Shown here in pieces: positions 1 through 28,710 of a stretch of 64,000 nucleotides of DNA. A program made the translations under genes and the position numbers. Every line of letters starts with the position of its first letter. Position 1 is the stretch's first letter. The stretch comes from the human T2T-CHM13v2.0 reference genome, Homo sapiens. Below the pieces are notes generated by a model. It was not told where the DNA came from. It did not search any database and saw only the letters and a list, made by a program, of their open reading frames with translations. The stretch lies in the NCBI RefSeq assembly GCF_009914755.1, contig NC_060934.1; one strand, given 5' to 3'.

Positions 1-673
1 AATTAGCCGGGTGTGGTGGTGCATGCCTGTAATCCCAGCTACGTGGGAGGCAGGAGAATTGCTTCAACCTGGAAGGTGGAGGTTACGGTGAGCCGAGATC
101 ACGCCATTGCATACCAGCTTGGGCAACAAGAGTGAAACTCCGTCTCAAAAACAAAACAAAAAAAAAAAAAAAAAAAAAGAAAAAATGTAAACCTCCCAGA
201 AAGAATGAATGATTTCCAAAAAGTTTCAGGATCCAAGATGAACACATATAATCAATTTCTCTCTACTAACAATGAACATATGGAAATCTAAATTAAAAAC
301 ATAATACCACTTATTCCATAGAAAATTAAATAGTTTGGTATAAATTGAACAAAATATGTATAGGACTTTTGTGCTGAAAATTACAAAATGCTGATGAAAG
401 AAATAATAGAAATAAATGAAGACACATGGTCTCTTGATAGATTGGAAAACTCAACTTAGTAAGTATGCCAGTTCTCTCCAAATTGATCTGTAGGTTTAAT
501 GGCATTCCTGTCAAGATTCCAGTAAGGTTTTTCTCAGCTTTAAATAAACTTATTCCAAAATTTGCATAAACAGTCAAAGTCATAAACAGTTGAAACAATT
601 TGGGAAAATTTTTCTCAAAAGTTTTGAGAAAAAGAATAGTAGGAATTATTGTATCCAGTGTTAAGGCTTATTA

Positions 674-1192
674 CATTAGTCTCCCCTTTTCTGTGGTTTT
701 GCTTTCTGCAGTTTCAGTTACCTGAGGCCAGCTGTGGTTCAAAAATATTAAATAGGAAACTTCAGAAATAAATAATTCCTCAGTTTTAAGTTGCACACTG
801 TTGTGAGTAGCATGATGAAATTTTGCACTGTCCTGTCCCAGGACATGAATCAACCCTATGTCTAGCATACCCAGGCTGTATATGCTACCCATGAGTTAAT
901 TACTTAGTAACTGTCTTGATTATTTATTGTCACAATATGTGTTCAGGTAACCCTTATTTTACTTAATAATGGCCCTGAAGTGCCAGAGTAGTGATGATAG
1001 CATATTGTTATAACTTTTCTATTTTATGATCTTGTTAATCTTTCCCTGTCCCTAATTTATAAATTAAACTTTATCATAGGTTTGTATATTTAGGAAAAAA
1101 CATAGTATTTATAGGGCTCAATACTATCTGAGGTTTCAGGCTTCCGCTGGGTGTCTTGGAATGTACTTCCCTTGGATAAGGAGTGACTACTG
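674..1192. mobile_element. MER44/Tigger7-type TcMar DNA transposon
   Basis: TIRs cattagtctcccctttt / ggataaggagtgactactg flanked by TA, inserted in an L1 fragment. Confidence 0.8.
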
Positions 1193-1312
1193 TATGTATA
1201 TATTAATAGCTATAATAATCAAGAGGACAGGATGTTGGTAGAATATACACATTGGTAGAACATACATATAGAATGATGGAAAAGAATGGAAAACCTCAAC
1301 ATTGATTATGCT

Positions 1313-1690
1313 GTTATATAGACTATATGTTCATGTCTCCCCAGAATTCATATGTTGGAGCCCTCACCCCAAGTGTGGTGGTGTTTGGAGATATGCAGCC
1401 CTTGGCAGGTAATTAGGGTTAGATTAAGTCATGAGAGTGGGGCCCTCAAGATGAGGTTAGTGCCTTACAGGAAGAGGAAGTGAGAGCTTGCTCACTCACC
1501 ATGTGCATAGAGGAAAGGCGATGTGAATATGCAGTGGCCTTCTGCAAGCTAGGAAGAGGCCCTCACCAGGCCCTGGCCATGCTGGCGTCCTGATCTCAGA
1601 CTTCCAGCATTTGGAACCGTGAGGAAATAAACTTCTGTTGTTTAAGCCACACAGTCTGTGGTATTTTGTTATGGCAGCCGAAGCTAAGAC
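1313..1690 (+). mobile_element. MLT1A-type MaLR solo LTR
   Basis: Begins tgttatatagact...ccagaattcatatgttgg; ends aataaacttctgttgtttaagccac...gctaagaca. Confidence 0.8.
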
Positions 1691-1774
1691 ATTTGACAAA
1701 CTGTTGACAAAAATGCAAAAGAAATTCAGCCAGGTATTCAGCAAATGATGCTGGAGCATTTTAACGTATCTTGT

Positions 1775-5630
<3,856 letters not shown>

Positions 5631-6489
5631 ACATGGACCTGTTGTCCACTCAAGAACAACAACAAAATGAGATCTGCAAAGAAACGGGAAAAATGTGACC
5701 TATGCACAGGACTAACAACAGGCAACACAATAATATGGTTTCTGCCATTTAAGTTGGCAGAAACGGGGTTGTCTGGTGCAGATCAGTGTATATTGTGTAA
5801 TTTGAGGAAGAGCCAGTAAAATAATGAAAAATGAACAAAACCTTGGGAAACGGATATCATTAGGTGCACCAGCATATACAAATGGGAGTATCAATGTGAG
5901 AGAACAGAAAGGGAAAGAAAAATTTTTTGAAGAATTACAGAAACACCCACAATTTGTTGAAGAACACTAATATATTCATCCAAGAAGCTCAACAAACTCA
6001 TATGAGGATAAATGCAAAGAGACTTATACCCAGACACGTTACACTGAAAGATGTTTTTATCATGCTCTTATTTGACCTGCCTTATAAAAGTGATAATACA
6101 AGTGCTGGTGAGGACTTACAGGAACTGAAATGTTCATATGTTTTTGATGGCATGTAAAATGCTACAGTCATTCTAGAAAATAGTTTGTCAGTTCCATTTA
6201 AAACTAAAAACAAACTTAGCATGTCAATCACTAGTTGCACTGTTAGACATTTATCCTTGAGAAATAAAAACTTATGTTCCATCAAAAAAATTTCATAGCA
6301 GTTTTATGGGTAATAGCCCAAACCTGAATAATCCAGATGTTCTTGAATGGATAATGTGTGGTGTGTCCATACCATGAAGTGTTACCCAGCATTAAAATGG
6401 AATGAATGGCCAATACATGTAACATTATGGATGAATCTCAAGAGATTAAGCTGAGTTTTAAAAAACCCAATCTCAAAAATTTACATATT

Positions 6490-6885
6490 TGTTCTGGTCC
6501 ACCCCATAGTGTTGGGGTGAACCCTCCTACCCCCAATGTTTGGTTTGGATATCAAAACTGGTAATGATATTAAGAGTGTAAAAAGGAGTTTATTAGTTAT
6601 AGAGACAGGTTTCTAGGGAGACTAGAGAAGGCTCCTAAGGAGATCTAAATGTGGGTTGAGAAAGAAGGGAGAAGAATGGCTGCTTGTCAGTAGGAATTTG
6701 GGGTGGGGTAAGCGCACACAAAAGGGATGGAGTTTGTGTGGTTTGAGTTTCCTACTGGCATTGAGGGAGTGACCACCTAGGCTTTATTATTGGCTTGCCC
6801 AAATGTAGGGTAAGAGGGGAGATGGGTGGGATTTGAAATCTATTAGCAGCCAATTACCACAAATGCAGTTAGGCTGTTTATCATA
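6490..6885. mobile_element. Probable LTR inserted in an L1 3' end (family uncertain)
   Basis: TG...CA bounded ~400-bp block interrupting continuous L1 3'UTR sequence. Confidence 0.45.
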
Positions 6886-7269
6886 ATACCTCATGATTTT
6901 ATTTGGATAACACTTTTGAAATGACAACATAGAGATGGAGAACTGATTCGTGGTTGCCAGTGTTAGGAAGGCAGAGAGGGTGGGAGATGGCTGTAGTTAC
7001 CATGTGTGGCATCCTTGTGATGGGACTGTTCTGTATCACCAATGTTGTGATTTTCACAAAAATCTATACCTGTGGCAAAATTTATAGAACTAAATATACA
7101 CAACTAATGCATGTGAAACTTGTGAAATCTGAATAAGGTTGATTGAATAAATCAATGTCAGTTCTTGGCTGATATTGAACTATAGTTCTGCAAATTGTTA
7201 CCATGGAGAAAACTGGGTGAGGGGTACATAGAATCTTCTCATTATTTCTTCCAGCTGCATGTCAGTTTA

Positions 7270-8036
<767 letters not shown>

Positions 8037-8446
8037 CTATATGAGAGATGCTGGATCTCTTGTATCGCCAGTTTTACTGAATCTCATAGAGGATCTACTG
8101 TCCATTACACAGACAATAAAAAAAAATAAAACAAGGGTTGGGAAGTCAAATTGTCATTTTGTGTGCAGACAATTTGATTATCTGTACAAGCAAAAGTAAA
8201 TGTTACACAGAAGTGATTCAAATTACTAAAAAAAGTTAGTTTAGTGAGGTGGTTGGCTGTAAGAACAATACATAATATCAGTTGTGTGTTATTTATACAC
8301 CACGAAACAGGTATATAAGAAACAATTTTCTTGAGAATTATATGAGATATAATTCACATACTGTACTCTTCACCAATTTTACGTGTATAAATCAATCATT
8401 GTTAGTGTATTTGCAGGATTGTGCAACATTCCTGACAATTTTTTTT

Positions 8447-11474
<3,028 letters not shown>

Positions 11475-11709
11475 TAATTACGCCTATGTGGAAAATAATT
11501 TTATAATTTTATCAACTAAAATACAGTACTTATGTGCAGATTTTCCTTTAGTCTCACAGACTTCTCTTTCCAAAGTAATTAAGGTCAGGACTTCCTCCTG
11601 TATTGAAAGGGGTCCTTCATTGATACTATTTTTTACATTTGTAATGCAATTAGATGTTTTGGTGCAGGATGCCTTTATTCCTGGCTCCTCCTGAACTCAT
11701 GACTTCGGT

Positions 11710-12905
11710 GCAATGGGTAATTCCTTGAAATACACAAACTACCAAGAGTTACACAGAAGAAATAAACCATTCAAATGGACCAATATCAGTTAAAGAAATT
11801 GAATCCATAAAGCTTTCATAAAAGAAAAGAAAAGAAGAAAGAAAGAAAATAAATTATCAGACTTTTTTGGTTTCATTGGTGATTTCTGTGCAACATTTAA
11901 GGAAGAAATATATAAGTTCTCTACAGTGTCTTTCAGAAAAGAGATGCAAAGGGAACCTTCTTAACACTTTTGTAAAAGGCTGTTTTTTCTCTAATCTTAA
12001 AAGCATATGAAGACCTTGCAAAGAAGAAAAACCACACACTAATATCCCTCATAAATATAGATGCAAAAATCCAAATAGAATGCAACATTGTATGAAAATA
12101 ATTGGATGCTGTGACCACTCAAGGCTGGTCAGAGTTTGGAAATCAATTAATGTGGCCGGGTACGTTGGCTTATGCTTGTAATCCTAGCACTTTGGGATGC
12201 TGACGCAGATGGATTACCTGATGTCAGGAGTTTGAGACCAGCCTGGCCAACGTGGTAAAACCCTGTCTACTAAAAATACTAAATAAGCTGGGCGTGGTGG
12301 AATGCGCCTGTAATCCCAGCTCCTCTGAAGGCTGAGGCAGGAGAATCGCTTAGAACCTGGAACGCAGAGGTTGCAGTGAGCTGAGATTGCACCATTGCAC
12401 TTCAGCCTGGGTGATAGAGCAAGATTCTGTCTCAAAAAAAAAATAAAAATAAAAAATCTGTAACCCGCCACATCAACAGCCTGCAGAAGAAAACCATATC
12501 ATGTCAATTGATGGACAAGAAGCATTTGATAAAATCCAACACCCATTCATGATAAAACCGAGCAAACTAGGAATAGAGAGGAACTTCCTCAACTTGGTAA
12601 AAAAAAAATCTACAAGAAACCTACTGCTAAGAGCATACTTAGTGGTGAAACACTGGATACTTTCTCCCTAAGATAAGGAAACAAGATGTCCTGTCTCTTC
12701 ACTCTTACTCAACATCTCATTGGAAATGGTAGGTAATGCCATAAGACAACAAAATAAGAGGCATACAGATGGGAAAGGAAGAAATAAAACTTTCTTCGTA
12801 CAGGCATGATTGCCTAAGGAGAAAATTCTAGAGAACTCCCAAAACTATTAAGTCTTTGTAGCAAAGTTGGAGGATAGAAGCTTAATATAGAAAAATCAGT
12901 TCCTT
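11710..12905 (+). mobile_element. L1 ORF2 fragment (sense) with Alu at ~12154-12455
   Basis: RT-region sequence such as gcatttgataaaatccaacacccattcatgataaaa. Confidence 0.75.
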
Positions 12906-15900
12906 TTTTCATTATGTAGTTGTGTTATTTGTCCTTTTATTGTTGAGATGTAAGAGTTTTTTCCATATTCTGTTTAGCAGTCCCTAATTACATACATTAT
13001 TAGCCAATATTTTTCTCCCATTTGTGGGTTGTCATTTTATTGTCTTTGTTCTTGGTAGCAAAAGAGTTTTTCATTCCATGAAGTCTAATTTGTTTTTTCT
13101 TTTGTTGCTTGTATTTTTGGTACTTTATCTAAGAGGGCTTTATCTATCCCCAGGGCATGAAGATCCACTCCTGTATTTTCTTTAAGTAATGGCTTTTAAA
13201 TGTAGACCTGTGATCCATTTTCAATTAGTTTTTGTATATGGTGTGAGGAAAGGAATAATTTTGATTGTTTTGCATACAAATATTCAGTTGTCTCAGCATC
13301 ATTTCTTGAAAAGGTAATTTTTCTTTTTTCTTTTTTTTTTTTGAGAGGAAGTCTCTGACGCCCAGCCTGGTGGGCAGTGGCACGATCTTGGCTCACTGCA
13401 ACCTCTGCCCCCTGGGTTCACGCAAGTCTCCTGCCTCAGCCTCCTGAGTAGCTGGGATTACAGGCATGCGCCACCATGCTTGGCTAATGTCTTTGTATTT
13501 TTAGTAGAGATGGAGTTTCGTCATATTGGCCAGGCTGGTCTTGAACTCCTGACCTTGTGATCTGCCTGCCTCAGCCTCCCAAAGTGCTAGGATTACAGGT
13601 GTGAACTACTGTGCCCAGCCGAAAAGGTGATTTTTCAACATTAAATTGTGTTGGCATCATTGTTGAAAATTAACTGAACATAATATATAGTAGTGTTTAT
13701 TTGTGAACTCTCAATTTTATTTCATATGTTTTCCTCTATGCCAGTATCATACCATCTTGATTATTGTAATTTTGTAGCAAATTTTCAAATTGAGAAGTGT
13801 ATGTCTTCTAACTTTCTACTTCTTTTTTAAGATTGTTTTGATTATATTCAGTTCCCTAAATTTCCACATGAAATTTTAGACCAGCTTGTTAGTTTCTCCA
13901 AAAAGGCAGATGGGATTTTGGTAGGGATTGTGTTGAGTTTAGGTATTAATTTGGCAGTTATTGCCATCTTAACCATATGAACACTGTTCAGTGCCTTTCC
14001 ATTTATTTAGGCTGTCTTTAATTTCTTCTATCATTGTTTTGTGGTTTTCAGACTATAAGCTCTGTATTTCCTTGATTAAAGTTATAAGTATTTTATTCTT
14101 TTTGATGCTATTGTATATGGAATTTATTTTATTTATTTACTTATTTGAGACAGAGTTTTGTTCTTACTGCCCAGGGTGGAGTGCAATGGTGCGATCTCGG
14201 CTCACTGCGTCTCAGCCTCCCAAGTAGCTGGGACTACAGGCACATGCCACCAAGCCTGGATAACTTTTTTGTATTTTTAGTATAGATGAGGTTTCACCAT
14301 GTTGGCTGGGCTGGTCTCAACCTCCTGACGTCAGGTGATCCAGCCACCTCGGCATCCCAAAGTGCTGGGATTACAGGCTTGAGACATTATGCCCGGCCAG
14401 AATTATTTTTAAATTTTCATTTATGATTTGTTTGTTGTTAGTGAACTTGCACCCTGCAACATTGTTGAACTCTTTTATTAGTTTTAATAGTGTTTCAGCA
14501 GATTCTTTAAGATTTTCTATATGCATGAGTAGTCAACTGCAAATACAGATAGTTTCACTTTTGTTTTCAATCTAAATTCCCCTTCCCCTTGCTTTTCTTG
14601 ACTAGAATCTCCTGTGTGATGTGTAACCAGCAAGAGGACATTCTTGTCTTCTTTTTGTTCTTAGAGTAAAATCACTGTACCTTTCATTATTTAGTATGAT
14701 GTTAGTGGTGGACTTTTTGTAGATGCCTTTAATCAGGCTGAGGAAGTTTAACTCTATTCCTGGTTTGCTGATTGTTTTTATAGAGAAGATGGTCATTGGA
14801 TTGTGTTAAATGCTTTTTCTCTGTATACTGAGATGATCATGTGGTTATTGTTTCTTTTCTCCTTACGTGGTGTATTAATTGATTTTCAAATGATAAACCA
14901 AATTTGAATTACTAGGATAAATCACACTTGATAATTGTATGTAACCCTTTTTATATACTACTGGATGAAATTTGCTAGTATTTTGTTGAGGATTTATATG
15001 TCTGTAATCATGACACATGGATCTGTATTTTTTTTCATGTCTGATTTTGGTACCAGAGTAGTAGTATTGGGATCATAGAATGAGCTGGCAAGTGTTTCTT
15101 CTTATTTTCTTGGAGTTTTTGAGTAATTGATAATTCTTTTTAAATGTTTGATAAAATTCTCCAGTGAACCCTTATGGACCTGGGTTTTTTTTTTTGTTTT
15201 TGTAATGGGAAGTTTTCTTGTCTGTTTTTTGTCTTTTTTGAGACAGGGCCTCACTATATTGCCCAGGCTGGAGTGCAGTGGTGCAGTCATGGCTCACTGC
15301 AGCCTGACTTCCCAGGCTCAGGCAATTTTCCCACCTCAGCCTCCCAAGTAGCTGGGACTACAGGCATATGCCAGCACACCCAGCTAATTTTTTGTGTTTT
15401 TTTTTTGTAGAGATGGGGTTTCACCATGTTCCTGGGCTGGTCTTAAACTCCTGAGTTCAAGTGATCCACCTGCCTTGGCCTCCCAAAGTGGTAGGATTAC
15501 AGGCATGAGCCACAGCATCCCACCTGTAATGGGGAGTTTTAAATTTACAACTTCAATCTTTTTACTTGTGTAGGTCTTTTCAGATTTTTCTTTTTCTACT
15601 TGAGTTGGTTTTAGTTGTTTTTGTTTTATGGATTTTCCCATTTTGTTGAAGTTAAATAATTTGTTGGCATACATTGTTCATACCATTCTTTGTAATTATT
15701 TTTATTTCTGTAAGAGTACTAGTAATACATCTTTAATCCCTACTTTTAGTAATTTGAACCTTCTCTCTCTTTTTTTTCTTTTTCAATGTCAGTCTAGCTA
15801 GAGGTTTGTATATTTTGTTGATCTTTTCCAGGAATCAGCTATTGTTTTTCTGTTCTCTAGTTCATTAATTTTTACTCTATAATCTTTCTGCTTTCCTGCC

Positions 15901-16797
15901 TTCTGCTTGATTTGGTTTTGTATTGCTGCTCCTGTCCAAGTGTTTTAAGGTGGAAAATTAGTTTACTGATTTGAGATCTTTTTAAATATGGTTATTACAG
16001 CTACAAATCTCTAAGGATTGCTTTATCTGTGTTCCATAAGTTTGAGTATGTCTTCATTTTTATCTCAAAGCATTTTTTCTAATTTTCCTTCTTATTGCTT
16101 CTTTAACTTTTTTTTTTAACTTCGGAATATGTTATATAATTTGTGCATGTTTGTGCATTCTAAAAATTCCTTTGTCTTACTGATTTGTAATTTCGACTGT
16201 GGTCAGAGAATCATTTTAAATTTATTCTGGGGAATGTTTCATGTGTACTTTTGAAGCATACCTGCTCCACTGTTCGAGTGGAATGTTCTGTCTATATCTC
16301 TTAGATCTGGTTGCTTTAGAGTGTCATCTATATCTTCTGTTTCCATGTTTATATTGTGCCCAGTTGTCCTAACCATTATTGAAAATGGGGTATTACAGTT
16401 TGCAATAAGTATTGTAGACTTGTATATTTTTTTCTTTTAATTCTGTCAGTTTTTGCTACACATACTTTGAGGCTCTGTTAGTAGTACATACGCTTAGAAT
16501 TGTTATGTCTCCTTTATTGATTGACCCTTTTATTGTTATATTAATAAAATTCCCCTCTTTATCCTTAGTAAAATTTTTGTATTAAAGTGTATTTTGTGTG
16601 ATATTAGGATAGCTACTCCAGCCTTATAGGTGCCATGTGCCGGATATATCTTTTTCTGTCTTCAAATTTTCAACCTGTTTGTATCTATCTCTTATAGACA
16701 GCACATGTTTGGATTTTCACACTTTTGACAACCTGAGAATTGTTGCTTTTTGATTGGATTTTCAAATCATTCCCTTTTTCCTGTTGTTATTGCTATG

Positions 16798-17019
16798 CAG
16801 ATGGTTCCTGACTTAAAATGGTTTGACTTATGATTTTTTAACTTTTCAATAGGTTTATTGGGTTGAAACCCCTTTGTATGTTTAGGATTTACAGAGGTTC
16901 AACTTACTATTTTTTCTGTCCTTACTAGAATGTATTTCCATTTTAAGTGGAAAAACAATATTTTCAACTAATTTGACTATTATCAGGATGTAACTTGATC
17001 GTAAGTCAAGGAGCATCTG
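16798..17019. mobile_element. MER47/Tigger5-type MITE
   Basis: TIRs cagatggttcctgactta / taagtcaaggagcatctg. Confidence 0.75.
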
Positions 17020-17576
17020 TAGTTGGTTTTACCTCTGCCATTTTTGTTTTCGGTCTCCTGCTTTTTTGGTACTCTATTCCTTTTACTTTTGCTTTCTTTT
17101 ACATGACATGAATATATTTTATTTTATTATTTTTATAGGTTTCGAGGGTACAAGTGCAGTTTTGTTACCCAGACATAGCACATAGAGGTGAGGTCTGGGC
17201 TTTTAGTGTGGCCATCAGCAGAATAGCACCCATCAAGTAATTTCTTATCCTTCACCCTCCTCCCCACCCCTCCAAGTGTCCAGTGTCTCTCATTCCACTC
17301 TCTATGATTATGTGTATACAACATGAAATTAATATATTTTAGTATAACATTTTAATTTTTAAAATTATGATGTCCCTTTGAAAATTTATTTACCTAGTGG
17401 TTGCTCTAGAACTTACCTAATAAGTCTTGCCTTATCAAAATCTACTTCAGATTTCTGCTTCCTTAACTTTAGTAAAATACAGAAACATTACTTATATGTA
17501 TCTCTATTTTCTCTTCTCTATTTGTTATTTTTATATATATTACATATATATTTAAAACCCAACAATACATTGTATG

Positions 17577-17808
17577 CAGGCTGAGCATCCCAAATCCGAA
17601 AATCTCAAATGCTCCCAAATCTGAAACTGAGTGCCAACATGCTCAACATGCTAGAAGGAAATGCTTGTTGGAGCATTTCAGATTTTAGATTTCTGGATTT
17701 GGGAAGCTCAACCAGTAAGTATAATGTAAACATTCCAAAATTTGGAAAAAATCTAAAGTGAGAAACACTTTTGATGCCAAGCATTTCAGATAAGGGATAC
17801 TCAACCTG
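17577..17808. mobile_element. Tigger4/MER46-type MITE
   Basis: TIRs caggctgagcatcccaaatc / gataagggatactcaacctg. Confidence 0.8.
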
Positions 17809-19208
17809 TAATTGTTACTTTATGTCATTTGATGGCTTTTTGTTGTTGTTGTTGTTGTTTTTTTACTTTAAGTTCTGTGATACATGTGCAGAATGTGGAG
17901 GTTTGTTACATAGGTATATGTGTTCCATGGTGGTTGACCCATCTTCTTAAGTTTCCTCCCCTTGCCCCCACACCTCAACAGGCCCCAGTGTGTGTTGTTC
18001 CCCTCCCTGTGTTCATGTGTTGATGTCTTTTAAAGAAGCTGAAAGAAAGATAGGAAGTATCTATTCGTAGAGTTTGTTATACTAACCTTCTTATTCATCA
18101 TTTCTGCTTCAATTCATTTGTTTGTGTGGATTCAGAGTTACCATCTAGTGTAATTTCCTTACTCTGGCACAGATTTGTTCCTCTGTCTTTTTTTTTTTTC
18201 CCCTGGGAGTCTCACTTTGTTGCCCAGGCTGGAGTGCAGTGGCACCATCTGGGCTCACTGTAACCTCCTGCCTCCTGGGTTCAAGCGATTCTCCTGTCTC
18301 AGCCTCCCGAGTAGCTGGGATTACAGGCATGTGCCACCACAGCTAATTTTTGTGTTTTTAGTAGAGATGGGGTTTTGCCATGTTAACCAGGCTGGTCTTG
18401 AACTCCTGACCACAGGTGATCTGCCTGCCTTGGCCTCCCAAAGTGCTGGGATTACAGGCGTGAGCCACCACACCCAGCCACTCTATTTTTTTGCTTTATT
18501 CTTTTTTTTTTTTTTTGCTTTGTTATTTGTTTCCTTGTTTATCAATGTATTTATTTATTTTTTTTTTGAAACAAGGTCTCTCTGAGTCATCGAGGCTGGA
18601 GTGCCGTGGTAGGATCCCATCTCATTGCAGCCTCAACTTCCTGGGCTCAAACAATACTCCCACCTCAGCCTCCTGAATAGCTGAGACTATAGGTATGCAC
18701 CACTGTGCCCAGCTTATTAAACAAATTATTTTTTAGAGATGGTGTCTCAATATGTTGCCTAAGCTGATCTTGAAATCCTGGGCTTAAGTGATTCTCCTGC
18801 TTCAGCCTCCCAAAGTGTTGGGATTACTGGCATGAGCCACTGTGCCTGGCCTGTCTTATTGTTAAATACATTGCATTTTTATATGTTATAGGTCCAACAA
18901 TACAGTTATAAACATTGACTTATACATATTTGCTTATTAAATTGGGTAGGAAAAGAAAGGAGAAAAAATGTGCCTTTTTTACTCTCTCGTATCATTGCCT
19001 TTACCCACAATAATTGTGGATTTGAACTAGTGTTTGAAATCACTTGTTTTCACCCTAAAGAACTTCTTTTCTTTCTTTTATGGTTAGTGTACTTGCAATG
19101 GATTCTCAAGTTTTTTTGGTTTCTATTTGTTTTTTAATTTGAGGATTTTAAATTTTCACCCTCTGTTTTGCAAATAGTTCTGCTATTTTAGGTGACAGGT
19201 TATTAAAA

Positions 19209-19687
19209 AAGCTGGAAACCATCATTCTCAGCAAACTGTCACAATACAAAAAACCAAACACAGCATGTTCTCACTCACAGGTGGGAACTGAACAATAAGA
19301 ACACATGGACACAGGAAGGGAAACATCACACACCAGGGACTGTTGTGGGGTAGGGGGAGGGGGGAGGGATAGCATTAGGAGATATACCTAATGCTAAATG
19401 ACGAGTTAATGGGTGCAGCACACCAACATGGCACATGTATACATATATAACAAACCTGCACGTTGTGCACATGTACCCTAAAACTTAAAGTATAATAATA
19501 ATAAAATTAAAAAAAAAAATAGCTGTGTGACCCCAGGTCAAATTCTGTAAGTCTTAGCTTCTTTATTTGACAACTGGGAACACAATATTTTCCCCACCTC
19601 CCCCCAACAACTCCACCAGTATTGTGGTGAAGATCAAAGAAATAATTTCCTGTATGAATAAAAGGTATTTCATTGCAAAAAAAAAAA
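19209..19687 (+). mobile_element. 5'-truncated L1PA with apparent 3' transduction
   Basis: L1PA 3' end and A-tail (to 19519), ~157 bp of non-L1 sequence, AATAAA 19657-19662, second A-tail 19677-19687. Confidence 0.75.
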
Positions 19688-19858
19688 TTTTTTTTTCAGT
19701 CACTGAATATGTCATCCTGCCTCCTTCTGGCCTCTACGTAGTCTCTGATGAGAAGCCATATGTTAATCTTAGGACATTCCCTTCATGTGAGAAGTTGTAT
19801 TTCTCTTGATGCTTTCAAGATTTTCTCTTCGTCAACAGATGTGCAAGTTTTTGGCCTC

Positions 19859-19975
19859 TTTTTTTTTTTTTTTGTTTAATGCAACACTTCATGAACTTGT
19901 GTGTCATTCTTGTGTAGCTGCTGTGCTAATCTTGGTATTGTTCCAGTTTTAGTATATGTGTTGCAAGGTGAGCAT
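19859..19975 (-). pseudogene. U6 snRNA retropseudogene with poly-A tail
   Basis: Diverged reverse complement of U6 (cttcatgaacttgtgtgtcattcttg...tgctaatctt...ttccagttttagtatatgtgttgc...gagca) preceded by a T-run. Confidence 0.88.
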
Positions 19976-20150
19976 AGCCATTCATTTGTTTGAATATTTT
20001 TTCTGCTACTTGATATTTCTCCACTCCTTCTGGTACTTCTGTTATGAATATATTGGTGTAGTTAATGGTGTTCCTCATTTTTTTGAGCATTTCTTCATTT
20101 TTCATCACTCTTATTTCTCTCTGTTCTTTAGATTACTTAATCTCTATTGA

Positions 20151-20390
<240 letters not shown>

Positions 20391-20693
20391 TAGTGGAGAC
20401 GGGGTTTCACCACATTGGTCAGTCTGGTCTTGAACTCCTGACCGCAGGTGATTCACCTGCCTTGGCCTCCCAAAGTGCTGGGATTTCAGGCATGAGCCAC
20501 CCTGCCTGGCCCAATCTTTTGTTGAGTCATTCTAGTGAGTTTTCCATTGCAGTTATAATTTTTGAATCCAGAATTTTCATTGTATTCTTTTCTGTCTTCT
20601 TATTGATATTTTCTGTTTGATGAGGCATCATCATACTCCCTTTTCTAAGTAGTGTTTCCTTATGAACATATTTATTTTTATTTTTTATTTTGA

Positions 20694-20873
<180 letters not shown>

Positions 20874-22499
20874 TGACCAGGTTGATCTTGAACTCCTGAC
20901 CTCAGGTGACCCACCTGCCTCGACCTCCCAAAGTACTGGGATTACAGGCGTGAGCCACCGTGTCTGGCCCGAACATATTTATAATAGCTGCTTTGAGGTC
21001 AGCTAAGTCTGATAGCTGGGTCTTCTCAAGGGCAGTTGCTGTTGCCTGTCGTTTTTCCTGTATGTAGGTGACAGTGTCCTGTTTCTTTGTATGTCTTGTA
21101 ATTTTTTTGTTGAAGTATAGACATTTTAGAGAATACTTTGTGCTTCCTCTAGATACTGGTTCCTCTATTCTCTCTAGGGCTTGTTGTTATTTATTTAGGT
21201 GACTTGACTGTACTATTTGAGAGAAGCTTTTTCACTCCCATTGGGTTCTCACTGATGTTGCTTATCAGAGGGCTCCTCCTTGGAAATGCACACTATCTTT
21301 GGGATGGCAGTGGTGTTAACAGTGCTCTCTGAGTGTCTCTTTCTGTGATTGCTGTGTTAGCCTGTCTGCCTCTGTTGCTGTTATACTTTGCTGATAGCCG
21401 CTACTGATTGCTGATGTATTGCTCTATTGTTTTCAACACTGTCCTGGACCATATGTTGCTCTTAGTTTGCTCTTGTTAAATTTGGGTTCCTTCTAGAGGG
21501 TTGTCTTTGAGGCTTTGAGTTTGCTTTTTATGTTGCCATTCTGAAAGTCACCTCCTAGAAAACATAAATTTAAAAATCATTACTGTAGAAAATCTGTGTA
21601 TGTGTTTGTATGAGTGTTTCTGGTAGATAGGAACACATCTAATTGCCCTGGATGTCTCTTCTTAGCCATCTCTTTCCCTTGCTCTCTCCAGTAAACTTTC
21701 AGTTGGTCTGTGGTTTAGCTTGTTGCTGTCATAGAACTGCCACCCTCTTCTTAATTGGTTATCATTGAATTTCCATTCTTTTTGAGGGTGACCTTAGGCT
21801 TGCACTCACCCACACTCTGCTCTGAACAAAGTGAGTTTTCTGGAGGAGAGTTTGGGAACTCTCTGTCCTTACAGCTGGCCCTAGGTGAGAGTCCTGCTCC
21901 ATTATTCAGGATCTAGAGGCTACAGCAGTGTTTTGCTTTTCTCTGGGTGAGTGATACTGTGCTTTATGATCAGGGATCTGGGTTGGGGCAGTAGTCTCTG
22001 GTCTTCTTGGTTTCTTTTGGAATCTCTTCTCAATGACCTAGGTGGGCATTGTACTCCGCTATTCTCAGACTGCCATGACTGGGCTGGATATTTTAATTGG
22101 GGTGGTGGAGGAAGCTGGCTCAAGGCCTTTTGGCAGTTCTTTTCTAGAATTTGAAGCTGTAGGGGTTGAGGAGCACTGGTGGCTTGCAGGAGATAGATGC
22201 ACACAGAGAGAGGTCTGGAGATCTGTAAAGGGGCCTCCATGAATGTTCAGCGAAGTACTAATCGGCTCATGTATATGAGGAAATGAGTGAAATAACTTTT
22301 GAAAAGAATCAAAGGGAACAGTACACAATACTCACATAGGGCCTGGAAAAGGACTGATCCTGCCAGCCAGAGTGGAAAAACTCGTAATTCAGAGTATTGG
22401 GTAGAGTGTTCAGAAAGGTCTTTTCTCCGTGGTGAGGAGTAATGTGCCCCAAACTGAGCACTGCTCCAGATTTGCCTAACAAATCATAAAAGCAAGACC

Positions 22500-28710
<6,211 letters not shown>

